Below are positions 27,662 to 37,713 of a stretch of DNA of 64,000 nt, one piece after another. The position numbers and the translations under genes are program-made. Under the pieces are notes generated by a model. The model saw only the letters and a list, made by a program, of their open reading frames with translations, was not told the DNA's origin and did no database searches. The stretch lies in the NCBI GenBank assembly GCA_963810305.1, contig CAWEMY010000019.1:140603-204602 (forward strand), written 5' to 3'. This DNA comes from an uncultured Acidobacteriota bacterium. GTDB taxonomy: Bacteria; Acidobacteriota; Vicinamibacteria; Vicinamibacterales; 2-12-FULL-66-21. Numbering within the stretch: position 1 is the stretch's first letter; every line of letters starts with the position of its first letter.

Positions 27662-28939
27662 TTACGGCGCGCAGCTCCGGTCGGCGACCTGCCGCACCTT
27701 GTCCTTGAAGGCGGCGACCCACGCGTCCACCCCGGTGTATTCGGTCCCGGTGCGGGGATCCTTCCAGGTTTGAGGTTCGGACATCTTCTCGACGCGGGCT
27801 GTGGTCAGGAGCGCACGCACGTGTGCGTCGGTCAACAGGAGCAGGCGACCCTGCAGGAATGCGCGCCCGGCCTCGCCAATGCGAGGGTTCCCCCGGCCGC
27901 CATCGCCGGCCGCCATCGAAACCGTGAGATTACCGCGGCATTCCGCCGCGCCCGACGACGAGTCAGACTTGGCCTCATCAAACACTGGTCGAGCGGTCCA
28001 CGCCTTCAGGTTCATTTTCGACGACGCTTTGCTCATACGGCCCGCACCGCCGAACGTTGCACCGATGTCCTGAACAGCGATCACCGGTTCGCTGCACGCC
28101 GTGGCATCAGCGCGCTCGAAGAACACAGCCTGGCCGTTGTCTCCACGAAGCGGGCGCACCTCTCCCGCTTTCAGGTCGAGCGAGCTACGGCACTCCAGCC
28201 GCTGTTGCTCTGGCTTTCGATCGCCGTGCTGGATGAACACGCCCATGAGCGTCAGCGCGTCGAAGTGCGTGCGCTGTCGCGTCCGCACCGGACCCGCGGG
28301 CAGATTCGCGATGGCCTCATCGACCTCGCCCCAGCGCCATCCCTGGTCAGGCTTGTCGCCCTCGACCATGACCAGACGGTTGAATTCCGGTTGGAACGTT
28401 GCCAGGTACGAGCGTCTGGAGCGTGAGCCGTCGCCCGACATCGGGTCGGACGGGCAGTCGCGGCAGTCGATCGTGATCGGATAGATCGGATCCGAGATGA
28501 ACCCGAGGGCCCAGAGGAGCTTCGCAGCCGCCACGCCAGAAAAGATCTCGCGGTTGCCATCCTTCGATCCGTCGCTGTATTTGACACGGATCGTCCTGCC
28601 GCCTGGGGTGATGCACGCGAATTTCGGCGTGGCGCCGCCGAGGTCCTTCCCCGGTTTAGCGAAGCTGCATTGCAGCGGCTGACCGCCAAGGGCAGCCTCG
28701 AGTCCCTGCGCCTGCTTCAGCGCCCGGCCCGCCAGCACCATTTCGGGGGTCACGTCTCCCGGGTCGGACCAGATCTTGGCGGTCGCCAGATACCGCAACC
28801 GCTGTTCTGCGCTCGCGACTTGCACGAACGCGATCTTGTTGTCGCTCTGGGCGACGAGACTGGTCGCGAGGACCAGCCCTGCGACCGCTAGCGCGGATGC
28901 CGAAAGGATCTTGGCTGACATGCTAGACCGCCCTTCCAC
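27662..28939 (-). CDS. secreted hypothetical protein with protein-kinase-like motifs
   Basis: Signal peptide 'ILSASALAVAGLVLATSLVAQ'. In kinase order: 'GKDLGGATPKF', 'IRVKY', 'NREIFSGVAAAKLLWALGF', 'IQHGDRKPEQ', 'VQDIGATFGG'. Confidence 0.55.
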   Translation of the reverse strand: MEGRSSMSAKILSASALAVAGLVLATSLVAQSDNKIAFVQVASAEQRLRYLATAKIWSDPGDVTPEMVLAGRALKQAQGLEAALGGQPLQCSFAKPGKDLGGATPKFACITPGGRTIRVKYSDGSKDGNREIFSGVAAAKLLWALGFISDPIYPITIDCRDCPSDPMSGDGSRSRRSYLATFQPEFNRLVMVEGDKPDQGWRWGEVDEAIANLPAGPVRTRQRTHFDALTLMGVFIQHGDRKPEQQRLECRSSLDLKAGEVRPLRGDNGQAVFFERADATACSEPVIAVQDIGATFGGAGRMSKASSKMNLKAWTARPVFDEAKSDSSSGAAECRGNLTVSMAAGDGGRGNPRIGEAGRAFLQGRLLLLTDAHVRALLTTARVEKMSEPQTWKDPRTGTEYTGVDAWVAAFKDKVRQVADRSCAP

Positions 28940-29158
28940 TTTCGCCGTGGTCCGATACCGGAATCAAACCCGGGATTCACTTGAATTGGACGACCGACAC
29001 AGCAAGGCTCGTTCCGTTCTACGCTCGACCTGGAACGCGGAAGGTGTCAACCGCGCTGCTGATGAGCCCGATGCGGAATCGTCCAACGTGGTGAAGGAAA
29101 GGCCTAATCTCGAAAACGGCGCCGTAATTCAGGGCTGCCCCATTAGCTGTACAGCATG

Positions 29159-30769
29159 CTAGAACCACGGCCAGGGACCGGTGATCGCGAACGTGATTCC
29201 CGGTGTCTGGATGTTGACGAACAACCATTTGCCATCGGGACTGAACACCGCGCCAGCCCATTCGTTTTGCCTCATGTTGCCGGTGAAGCTCCGTCCGGAG
29301 GGGCGCGTCAAGGTTCCTAATCCTCCGGCCGTGAAGTCGAGGTTGTTCAGGGCAAAGGTGAAGATCTTTCCACTCTTCGGGTAAAGCCAGACCAACCGCT
29401 CTCCTGGGTTTGGATTGACACCGCCCGTCCCATCCGCGTTGTCTTCGCAGAAGATGATGCTGCCGTCTGGTGCCACGACGATGTTGTCCGGGTTCTCGAG
29501 CGCCGACCGGGCCGGGGACACGTACCTGATTCTGAGCTGCTTGGACTTCGGGTCGTACTCGAAGAGCTGACCCTCTCCGATCCCGGTTCCGTTGGGCGCT
29601 GCGATGTCCGGACCTCCGTTGGTCGACACGAAGAAGATGCTGGAGTCTCCGTACCAGCAGCCTTCCAGACGCCGGAAGTTGGCGCCGCCACCCGCGTGGC
29701 CCTGCTGAAACGTCGAGAGGTCGCCAGCCACCAGGTCCGGGTCGGGCTTTTGAATCGTGACCCATCGGACCGGGAACGATCGACTCTCGCAACCCGTCTC
29801 CTGGAAATCGAACTGAGGATGTCCCTTGATGGCGAGCATCTGGAGCGTTCCACCGTGCTCGGCTTTGCCCGGAACGTTGTAGAGGAATCGATAGAAGCCC
29901 GACCCGATATCGCCTGGAGCGCTTCCCCCGTCTTCGGTCAGGTAGGTGATCCCGGTTGCGGGATCAGTCGCCATCGCCTCGTGAGAGAAATTTCCCATGT
30001 CGGGAAACGCCGTCGCGGACCCGCCGGGAAGCGGACCGAGGGGACCGACCTCAAATACGTACCCATGTCGATGGCCTCCTGCGGTGGTATTTCCGGTGTC
30101 GGTCTCTTCGCAGGTGTACCAACTGCCCCAGGGTGTCACGCCGCCGGAACAGTTTCGAATGTTCCCGCTGATGCTCGGGACTGACGAGATGAACACGCCC
30201 GTGGCCAGGTTGAACACGAGGTTGGACGTTCCTCCTCCGGCCAGCGGGTCATACCAGAGCGCCGAATCGCCAAATGCGGGGAGAACATTGTCCGGGGGAT
30301 CGTGGTCCACCTCATGATTCCTCACCAGAATCAGATGGCTCGGGCCGAGCTCCTGGATCACCGCCATCCCGTCATGTAGTGGCGGCGTGGGTGTTCCAAG
30401 GTCATCGTCCATCACGTCTCCGGTCCATCCGTAGGAACGGTAGCTGAATCCATTCGGTAGTTGCAGGAGATTGAGGCTGGTTTCAAGATCCAGCTTCGGG
30501 CCGATGGCGCCCCAGGGCGAGAGGCTCGAGCCGCCGGCCGCACACTGTGCCGCTTCCAGGCGAGCAACCGATAGCGCCCCCAAGGTCTTCTCCAATGTGA
30601 TGCCCCCGACCAGGGCCGCTCCGCCTCTCAGGAACGCCCTGCGGTTCACGACGTTGGACAGCGGGTTCGTCCACCCCGATGGCGACCACGGCGACTGTGC
30701 GCGCCGTTGCGCCATCTGCAATGCCTCGTGCAGGTCCCTTCGCTGATTGCGGGACAAGTTTTCAAACAC
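29159..30769 (-). CDS. phoX: PhoX-family (DUF839) phosphatase, Tat-exported
   Basis: Twin-arginine signal 'NRRAFLRGGAALVGG'. The C-terminal 'FSPDGKWLFVNIQTPGITFAITGPW' is typical of PhoX. Confidence 0.75.
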   Translation of the reverse strand: MFENLSRNQRRDLHEALQMAQRRAQSPWSPSGWTNPLSNVVNRRAFLRGGAALVGGITLEKTLGALSVARLEAAQCAAGGSSLSPWGAIGPKLDLETSLNLLQLPNGFSYRSYGWTGDVMDDDLGTPTPPLHDGMAVIQELGPSHLILVRNHEVDHDPPDNVLPAFGDSALWYDPLAGGGTSNLVFNLATGVFISSVPSISGNIRNCSGGVTPWGSWYTCEETDTGNTTAGGHRHGYVFEVGPLGPLPGGSATAFPDMGNFSHEAMATDPATGITYLTEDGGSAPGDIGSGFYRFLYNVPGKAEHGGTLQMLAIKGHPQFDFQETGCESRSFPVRWVTIQKPDPDLVAGDLSTFQQGHAGGGANFRRLEGCWYGDSSIFFVSTNGGPDIAAPNGTGIGEGQLFEYDPKSKQLRIRYVSPARSALENPDNIVVAPDGSIIFCEDNADGTGGVNPNPGERLVWLYPKSGKIFTFALNNLDFTAGGLGTLTRPSGRSFTGNMRQNEWAGAVFSPDGKWLFVNIQTPGITFAITGPWPWF

Positions 30770-31151
30770 TGAAAACCTCTCTTTCTAAAGGCGAGCTCAA
30801 CGCAGAAACGTTTTTGACAACCGCGCCTCTTGACGCGCGCTTGGAGTGACGAACGCGACGATACTCACGCGTTGTCGCAGTGAAACGACGTCCCAATCAA
30901 TTCGAGGAAACGTTCTGCTGACAGTCGTACGACTCGACCGTGGCCGTTCGGAACGGATTAGCTGGCCCTCCGGGACGTGGGGCTCTGATGCGACGCTCGT
31001 GACACGACGACAGCGGCTTGGCCGGTCACAGTCGATGGTAGATGGCTAACGGCGCATCGTCACTGATCTGAGGCAAGTTCAGAGTCGGCCGGCGCGAGCA
31101 CAGGGAATTGCCGGGCGGAATCGCGAACATAGCGGCATCAACGATCAGTTC

Positions 31152-31334
31152 ATGAAGGACTTGGGCGCGACTCTCACGTCAGGCAGTTCCGCGCTTTTCG
31201 TGCTCGTGCGCAACTCAACCCCCGACAAGGTTCTTGAAGGGCTCAAGCCGTTTGCCGGCAAAGGTCGGGTGCTTCAAACCTCGTTGACCAAGGACAAAGA
31301 GGACGAATTGCGCAAATTGATGGAAGGCGTGTAG
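31152..31334 (+). pseudogene. C-terminal fragment of a DUF1269-family membrane protein
   Basis: 60-aa ORF 'LTSGSSALFVLVRNSTPDKVLEGLKPFAGKGRVLQTSLTKDKEDELR' resembles only the C-terminal soluble part of DUF1269 proteins. No N-terminal part lies upstream. Confidence 0.4.
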
Positions 31335-31427
31335 ATCCTTCGACAGCGACCGGAACAAACTCACGGAGGATTCCGTAGGAAGGTCAGGGCGAACTGTCCT
31401 CGAAACGGCTCGTGCGTCGGAACCACC

Positions 31428-33981
31428 ATGAGCGGAGATCGTCAAATGAAGTGGCTCGAAGGGTTCTCGCTCGATCTCAAGCTCGGGGGCCGGATGCTCG
31501 TGAAGTATCCGGGCCTGACGATTGTCGGCGGCCTGGCGATGGCGTTCGCGATCTGCGTCGGCGCCGTCATCTTCGCGGTCCTGACGATGTTGGTCCATCC
31601 CACGCTGCCGCTCTCCGACGGCGAGCGCATCGTCCAGATCCGGAACTGGGACGTCGCCGCGAATGGTCCCGAGCCGCGCGCGCTGCACGACTTCATCGTC
31701 TGGCGCGGCGCGCTGCGGTCGGTCACGGAGCTCGGCGCCTGGCGGGACGTCACCCGCAACCTGATCGTCGCCGCCGGTAACGCGCGTCCCGTCGAGGTCG
31801 CGGAGATGACCGCCTCCGGCTTTCGCATCGCCGATGGTGCGCCGCTCCTCGGCCGCGTCCTCGTGGCCGCCGACGAGCAGGCAGGTGCGCCATCCGTGGC
31901 CGTGCTCGGGTACGAGGTGTGGCGAACGCGCTTCGGGAGCGACCCCAATGTGCTCGGCCGCACCGTGCAGCTGGGCAACGATTACGCGACGGTGGTCGGC
32001 GTGATGCGCGAAGGCTTCGCGTTCCCCGTCTCGCACGAGCTCTGGGTGCCGTTGCGAACCGACATCCTGGATCAGGCGCCGCGTTCGGGTCCCGCCATCA
32101 CGATCTTCGGCGTGCTCGCACCCGGCGCGACTCTCGAGACGGCGCAGGCCGAGTTGACGACGCTCGGCCGCCGTGCGGCCATCGAGCGGCCTGCCACGCA
32201 CGAACATCTGCAGCCGCGTGTGACGCCTTACGCGAAGCTGTTCTTCTCGGCGCCGTCTGGCGAGGACCTCGGGATCTTCTTCTCGATCTACTTCTTCGCG
32301 GTCATGCTGCTCGTGCTCGTCTGCGGCAACGTCGCCCTTCTCATGTTCGCGCGCGCCGCGACGCGCGAGAGCGAGCTCGTCGTGCGCACCGCCCTCGGAG
32401 CGAGTCGCGGCCGGATCGTCGTGCAGTTGTTCGCCGAGGCGCTCGTGCTCGGAGGCGTGGCGGCGGCGGTCGGCCTCGTCGCCGCCGATTTCGCACTCCG
32501 CAACTGGGGCCTTGAATTTCTCGAGGTGAACCTGGGCCGGCTCCCCTTCTGGTTCGACCTCCGCCTGTCGCCAGCGACGGTGCTGTTCGCCATCGGGCTC
32601 ACCGTGCTCGGCTCGGCGATCGCGGGGGTGATGCCTGCGCTCAAGGTCACGCGCGGTATGGGATCCCGCCTGAAGCAGGCCGCGGCCGGAGCCGGCGGAC
32701 TGCAGTTCGGCGGTGTCTGGACCGCGGTGATCGTCGTGCAGGTCGCGGTCACGGTGGCATTTCCCGCGGTCGTCTACGTCGAGCAGTGGGAATTGCGTCA
32801 CATCCAGACGTTCGAGGCCGGATTCGCCTCCGAGGAGTTTCTGGCCGTGCGGATCGAGATGGATGCTCCGAATGTCCCGGTAGCAAACGCCGATTCGGCT
32901 CGGGTCGCCGAGCGCGCTGCGTTCGCGTCCAGCATCGAGGAGCTGCGCCGGCGCGTTGCAGCGGAGCCAGGGGTCGCCGGCGTCACCTTCGTGGACCGCC
33001 TTCCCCGTACCCCCCGCCCCGAGTACCGACATCGAGCTTTCCGATGACTCGACAATCACCGCCCAGTCGGCCCGCGTGGCGAGCGCGGATCCACGACCGC
33101 CGCTCCGCGAGGCGACTGTTGCGGGCATCGAGCCGTCGTACTTCGATGTGCTGGAGACTCCGATTCTCGCCGGTCGCGCGTTCAATGCCGCCGATCTCGC
33201 CCCCGGTTCGAGCGTCGCGATTGTCGATCAGGGCTTCGTCGACCAGGTGCTGCAGGGGCGGAATCCCATCGGCCAGCAGGTGCGATTCGTGCAGGATCCG
33301 GACGATGCGGCCGCCAAGCGCCCCAATCCCTGGTTCGAGGTCGTCGGGGTCGTGAAGGAGCTCGGGATGGGCGCACCCACGCGAAAGGGACGCGCGGCAG
33401 GTTTCTACGTTCCTGCCACCCCGGACCGATTCGACCAGGTTTACATGATGGTGCACGTGCGGGGCGATCCGATGACGCTCGGCCCACAGCTTCGCGAGAT
33501 CGCCGCCGCGGTGGATCCGACGCTTCGGCTCTCGGAGCTGCAGCGGGTGAACGAGGTCACGAACAATCTCCTGTGGGTCGTCGGGCTATGGCTGCGAGTC
33601 ACGATCGTGATGACCGCCGTCGCCTTGCTGCTCTCACTGGCGGGGATCTACGCGGTGCTGTCGTTCATCGTGGCGCGACGGACGCGCGAGATCGGGATCC
33701 GCGTGGCCCTGGGTGCCAGCCGGCGGCGCGTCGTCGCCGCCATCTTCCGCCGTCCGCTGTCACAGGTGGGACTCGGCGTCCTTGTCGGCGCCGCGCTCAT
33801 CGCCGCTGCGGGCAGCGTCGAAACCGAGATGCCTGGGCTATCCGCTGGGTTCTCGCTCGAGGATGTCGCGATGCTCCTTGCCTACGCCACCCTCATGCTG
33901 GGCGTCTGCCTCCTCGCGTGCGTCGTCCCGACGCGCCGCGCCCTCGGCGTGGAGCCGACCGTCGCGCTGCGGGTGGATTAG
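31428..33981 (+). pseudogene. ADOP-family duplicated FtsX/MacB-type permease, frame broken once
   Basis: Two overlapping ORFs (31428-33047 in frame 0, 32956-33981 in frame +1) together give the ~850-aa two-FtsX-domain architecture. The break maps to the C-rich tract at 33003-33020. Confidence 0.8.
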
Positions 33982-34002
33982 CCCGCACCCAATTCTTCGG
34001 TA

Positions 34003-34030
34003 GAGGCCGCCTTCAGGCGGCCTTTACGTT
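34003..34030 (+). terminator. GC hairpin (same sequence as 26240)
   Basis: gaggccgcc-ttca-ggcggcct followed by 'ttacgttt', immediately after the ADOP stop. Confidence 0.5.
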
Positions 34031-34076
34031 TCCGGTCTGGTAGGATGATCAGACTGCCTGCGGACCGTGAAATCGT

Positions 34077-35279
34077 ATGAGCGAGTACGACGTCATCATT
34101 GTCGGCGCGCGGTGCGCCGGCTCGCCGACGGCGATGCTTCTCGCCCGTCGCGGCTATAAAGTCCTTGCCGTCGACCGCGCCACCTTTCCGAGCGACACGA
34201 TCTCCACACACCTGATCCACCCTCCAGGCGTTGCGGCACTTAGGGGATGGGGGCTTCTGGATCGCCTGCTGGCAACCGGATGCCCGGCTATTCACACCTA
34301 CTTGTTCGACGTTGGGCCGTTCACACTTTCCGGCACTCCGGGCACCGATGACTCGCCGGTGGCGTACAGCCCACGCCGCACCGTCCTCGACAAGCTGCTC
34401 GTCGACGCCGCGTCAGAAGCAGGAGCCGAGATCCGCGAGTCGTTCATCGTGGACGATCTACTCTTCGACGGTGACCGCGTTTCGGGCATTCGCGGTCACA
34501 GCAAAGGAGGAGAACCCGTCACGGAACACGCGCGGATGATCGTCGGTGCGGACGGCGTGCACTCGCTCGTCGCCCGCGCCGTGTCGGCGGAACAGTACAA
34601 CGACAAACCACCGCTTCAATCCAGCTACTACACGTACTGGAGCGGGCTGGCGATGGATGGACATTTCGAGGCGTACGACCGAGGCACTCGGGCGTTCGCG
34701 CTATGGCCCACCAATGATGATCTGACTCTCGTCATCGTTGGCTGGCCGATCGCTGAGTTCGAGGCTAACAAGGCGGACATCGAGGGTCACTACCTGCGTG
34801 CGTGCGCCTTGGCGCCGGTACTCATGGAGCGGATGGCCGCCGCCAGACGGGAAGAACGGTTCATCGGGGCTGCCGTGCCGAACTATTTCCGGAAACCTTT
34901 TGGCCCGGGCTGGGCGCTGGTCGGCGATGCCGGCTACAACAAGGACTTCATCACGGCGCAGGGCATCTCCGACGCGTTCCGCGACGCCGAGCGCCTTGCC
35001 ACCGCACTCCACGACACGTTCTCGGGAACGACTTCCTTCGACGCAGCGATGGGAGCCTATCAGTCAGCCCGCGACGCGCACGTCACGCCAACCTACGAGT
35101 TCACGTGTCAGTTCGCGAGGCTTGCGCCGCCGCCGATCGAGATGCAACAGCTTCTCGCCGCGGTTCACGGCAACCAGGAGGCGATGAATGGGTTCGTGCG
35201 GGTTTTCTCAGGCGTGACTTCGCCCGCCGACTTCTTCTCCCCCGCCAACGTCGAGCGCATCTTCGCGGCGGCTGGATAG
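34077..35279 (+). CDS. FAD-dependent oxidoreductase/monooxygenase
   Basis: N-terminal dinucleotide fold 'YDVIIVGARCAGSPTAMLLARRGYKVLAVDR'. Later 'GDAGY' motif. Confidence 0.8.
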   Translation: MSEYDVIIVGARCAGSPTAMLLARRGYKVLAVDRATFPSDTISTHLIHPPGVAALRGWGLLDRLLATGCPAIHTYLFDVGPFTLSGTPGTDDSPVAYSPRRTVLDKLLVDAASEAGAEIRESFIVDDLLFDGDRVSGIRGHSKGGEPVTEHARMIVGADGVHSLVARAVSAEQYNDKPPLQSSYYTYWSGLAMDGHFEAYDRGTRAFALWPTNDDLTLVIVGWPIAEFEANKADIEGHYLRACALAPVLMERMAAARREERFIGAAVPNYFRKPFGPGWALVGDAGYNKDFITAQGISDAFRDAERLATALHDTFSGTTSFDAAMGAYQSARDAHVTPTYEFTCQFARLAPPPIEMQQLLAAVHGNQEAMNGFVRVFSGVTSPADFFSPANVERIFAAAG

Positions 35280-35297
35280 ATCCGACTCCAACGCAAC

Positions 35298-36605
35298 ATG
35301 CCCAAGCCGCCGGCAGAACGGCTCCAGGTCGGCGGCCGGGAAGTGATGATCTCGAATCCGGCGAAGGTGCTCTTCGCTACCGCAGGACATACCAAACTGG
35401 ATCTCGTTCGCTACTACCTTGCCGTCGCCGACGGTGCGTTGCGCGGGTCCGGTGGACGGCCAAATGTGCTGGTCCGTTATCCCAACGGGGTCGGCGATGA
35501 GTTCTTCTATCAGAAGCGGGCACCTGCGTCGCGGCCGGACTGGATCGAGGTCGTGGCGCTGAAGTTCCCCTCGGGACGCACCGCCGAGGAGGTTGTGCCG
35601 CGGGATGCCGCCGCCCTCGCGTGGATGGCGAATCTGGCCTGCCTCGAGTTGCACCCGCATCCAGTCCGCGCCGAAGACCTGGATCATCCCGACGAGTTGC
35701 GCGTGGACCTCGATCCGGTGCCTGGTATCAGGTGGGAACAGGTGCGCGATGTTGCCGAGGTGGTGCGCGCGACCCTGGAGGACCTGGCGCTCGTCGGCTG
35801 GCCGAAGACGTCAGGCTCCCGCGGCATGCACGTCATTATCCGGATCCAGCAACGCTGGACCTTTGACGAAGTGCGCCGCGCGGCGCTGGCCCTCGCGCGC
35901 GAAGTCGAACGTCAAGCGCCGGGCCTCGCGACCAGCAAGTGGTGGAAGGAGGAACGCCACGGGGTATTCCTCGACTACAACCAGAACGCGAAAGACCGCA
36001 CGGTCGCGGCGGCGTACTCCGTTCGGCCGACGCCGGACGCACGCGTCTCGGCGCCGCTGACATGGGGCGAAGTCCCCGACTGCGATCCGCATGACTTCAC
36101 CCTCGTAACGATGCCGGCGCGCTTCGCCTCATTGGGTGATCGACACGCTGCGATCGACGAGCGGCAGTTCTCGCTGGAAAGCCTTCTCGATCTGTCGGCG
36201 AAGCATGAACGTGACGGGCTCGGCGATGCGCCGTGGCCACCGCACTACCGCAAACAGAAGGGTGAGCCTACGCGTGCGCAGCCCTCCCGACGCCGCGCAT
36301 CGTCTCAACCATTGATCGAAATCGGGCGTGCCCTCCGCAAAGATGACGCGCTTGCCGGATTGGAGCGCTGGCGCAACCGCCATCCGGAAGCCGCGAAGCA
36401 GCTCGCGCCTGAGGACGTGCTGGTTGACTCGATGCGAGGGCGAAGCTCGACGTGGTGGCGCATTCGCTTGAATCTGAAGAACGTACCGGAAGATCTCAGA
36501 CCGCCGCAGGAAGCGCTGGATCCCGACGAGGATCCATGGAAAGGCGTGGACGTCAGCGCGTGGACGTCGCGCCGAACACCTTCGCGAGCTCGTAAGGAGT
36601 CGTGA
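35298..36605 (+). CDS. ligD: NHEJ DNA polymerase/primase domain protein (LigD-Pol), with C-terminal extension
   Basis: 'ISNPAKVLF...TKLDLVRYY', 'LVRYPNGV...FFQK', 'ELRVDLDP' and 'KTSGSRGMHV' are LigD PolDom motifs. About 130 extra C-terminal residues. Confidence 0.85.
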   Translation: MPKPPAERLQVGGREVMISNPAKVLFATAGHTKLDLVRYYLAVADGALRGSGGRPNVLVRYPNGVGDEFFYQKRAPASRPDWIEVVALKFPSGRTAEEVVPRDAAALAWMANLACLELHPHPVRAEDLDHPDELRVDLDPVPGIRWEQVRDVAEVVRATLEDLALVGWPKTSGSRGMHVIIRIQQRWTFDEVRRAALALAREVERQAPGLATSKWWKEERHGVFLDYNQNAKDRTVAAAYSVRPTPDARVSAPLTWGEVPDCDPHDFTLVTMPARFASLGDRHAAIDERQFSLESLLDLSAKHERDGLGDAPWPPHYRKQKGEPTRAQPSRRRASSQPLIEIGRALRKDDALAGLERWRNRHPEAAKQLAPEDVLVDSMRGRSSTWWRIRLNLKNVPEDLRPPQEALDPDEDPWKGVDVSAWTSRRTPSRARKES

Positions 36606-37602
36606 CTTCGAGCTGGTCGTAGCGGCAGTCGGCGGGCTGCTTGTCAGGGCGCCAGCGCAGGAAGATCGTCGCGTGACGGAAACGATCTCCCTGGAGATGG
36701 TCGTACTTGACCTCGCAGACGCGCTCAATCCGCAGCGGCTCCCACGAGAGATCCTTCCCTGCGCTCCACCGGCTCTGCCCTCCCGGCATCCGCCTGGCCT
36801 GGTGCTCCCCGGCGTCCGCCCAGGCACCCCACGGATGATCTTTCAACGCGTTCTTGCGCAGCGGTTCGAGTTCGGTGAGTAACTGGCGCCGCTTCTCCAT
36901 GCTGAACGCGGACGTGACGCCCACGTGGTGCAGTGTGCCTTGGTCGTCGTACAGCCCGAGAAGCAGCGACCCGACGGCGTCCGGGCCGCTCTTGTGAAAC
37001 CGGAAGCCGGCGACGACGCATTCCGCGGTGCGGGCATGTTTTACCTTGAGCATCGCGCGCTTGCCGGGCTGATAGATCCCGTCGTCCGGCTTCGCGATGA
37101 CACCATCGAGCCCCGCGCCTTCGAAGCGCTCCAACCACTCCACTGCAGATGACCGGTCGCGTGTCATGGGCGTGAGATGGATCGGCGGACCGATCTTCCC
37201 CACCGCTTTTTCGAGCTGTCTGCGCCGTTCGTGCTGCGGTTCGCCCCGGATGTCCCGGCCGTCTACCGCGAGCAGATCGAAGACGACGAACGATGCCGGT
37301 GTCTCCTTCGCCAGCTTAGCGGCCCGTGAAGCGGCCGGGTGCAGCCGGAGCTGCAGCGCATCGAAGTCGAGCCCTTTCTTTGTCGCAATGACGATCTCGC
37401 CGTCGATGACGCTGCCGTCGGGGAGACGCTCGATCAGCGTATCGTGCAGTTCGGGGAAGTACCGGTCGAGGGGCCGCAGGTCACGGCTCTGGATGTAGAC
37501 GTCGCCGCCGCCGCGAAAGACGATGGCCCGGAAGCCGTCCCACTTCGGTTCGAAGAGAAACCCCTCCTCGGACGGCAATTCATCCGCCAGTTTGGCGAGC
37601 AT
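36553..37602 (-). CDS. ATP-dependent DNA ligase (LigD-ligase/LigC type)
   Basis: Adenylation motif 'FEPKWDGFR'. 'LDGEIV', 'FVVFDLL' and 'DGVIAK' follow in order. Confidence 0.9.
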   Translation of the reverse strand: MLAKLADELPSEEGFLFEPKWDGFRAIVFRGGGDVYIQSRDLRPLDRYFPELHDTLIERLPDGSVIDGEIVIATKKGLDFDALQLRLHPAASRAAKLAKETPASFVVFDLLAVDGRDIRGEPQHERRRQLEKAVGKIGPPIHLTPMTRDRSSAVEWLERFEGAGLDGVIAKPDDGIYQPGKRAMLKVKHARTAECVVAGFRFHKSGPDAVGSLLLGLYDDQGTLHHVGVTSAFSMEKRRQLLTELEPLRKNALKDHPWGAWADAGEHQARRMPGGQSRWSAGKDLSWEPLRIERVCEVKYDHLQGDRFRHATIFLRWRPDKQPADCRYDQLEVTTPYELAKVFGATSTR

Positions 37603-37713
37603 CGGCTCAATCGGAGGAACTATCGGAAATGGCGTAATATCAGGTCCCTTATTCAGCGTTCGCTAAGTCTGTGCTGGATTACATTGTAGATGTTCGGTTT
37701 TGGGAGGTTGGCA

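Larger units (their letters stand above)
26217..33995. mobile_element. putative decayed genomic island 2 (tandem to island 1)
   Basis: Starts with the att-like repeat, hairpin and recombinase remnant. Ends at a degenerate 'gcccgcacccaatt' (33981-33994) followed by the identical hairpin 'ttcggtagaggccgccttcaggcggcct'. Contains gene fragments. Confidence 0.35.

Noticed and set aside
30770-30900. A possible Pho box upstream of phoX (two GTCAA-containing words in 'gcgtcaagaggcgcggttgtcaaaaa' on the phoX sense strand).
   Set aside because: The spacing between the repeats is 16 nt rather than the 11-nt periodicity of PhoB boxes, and the match to CTGTCAT is weak. This does not support a call.
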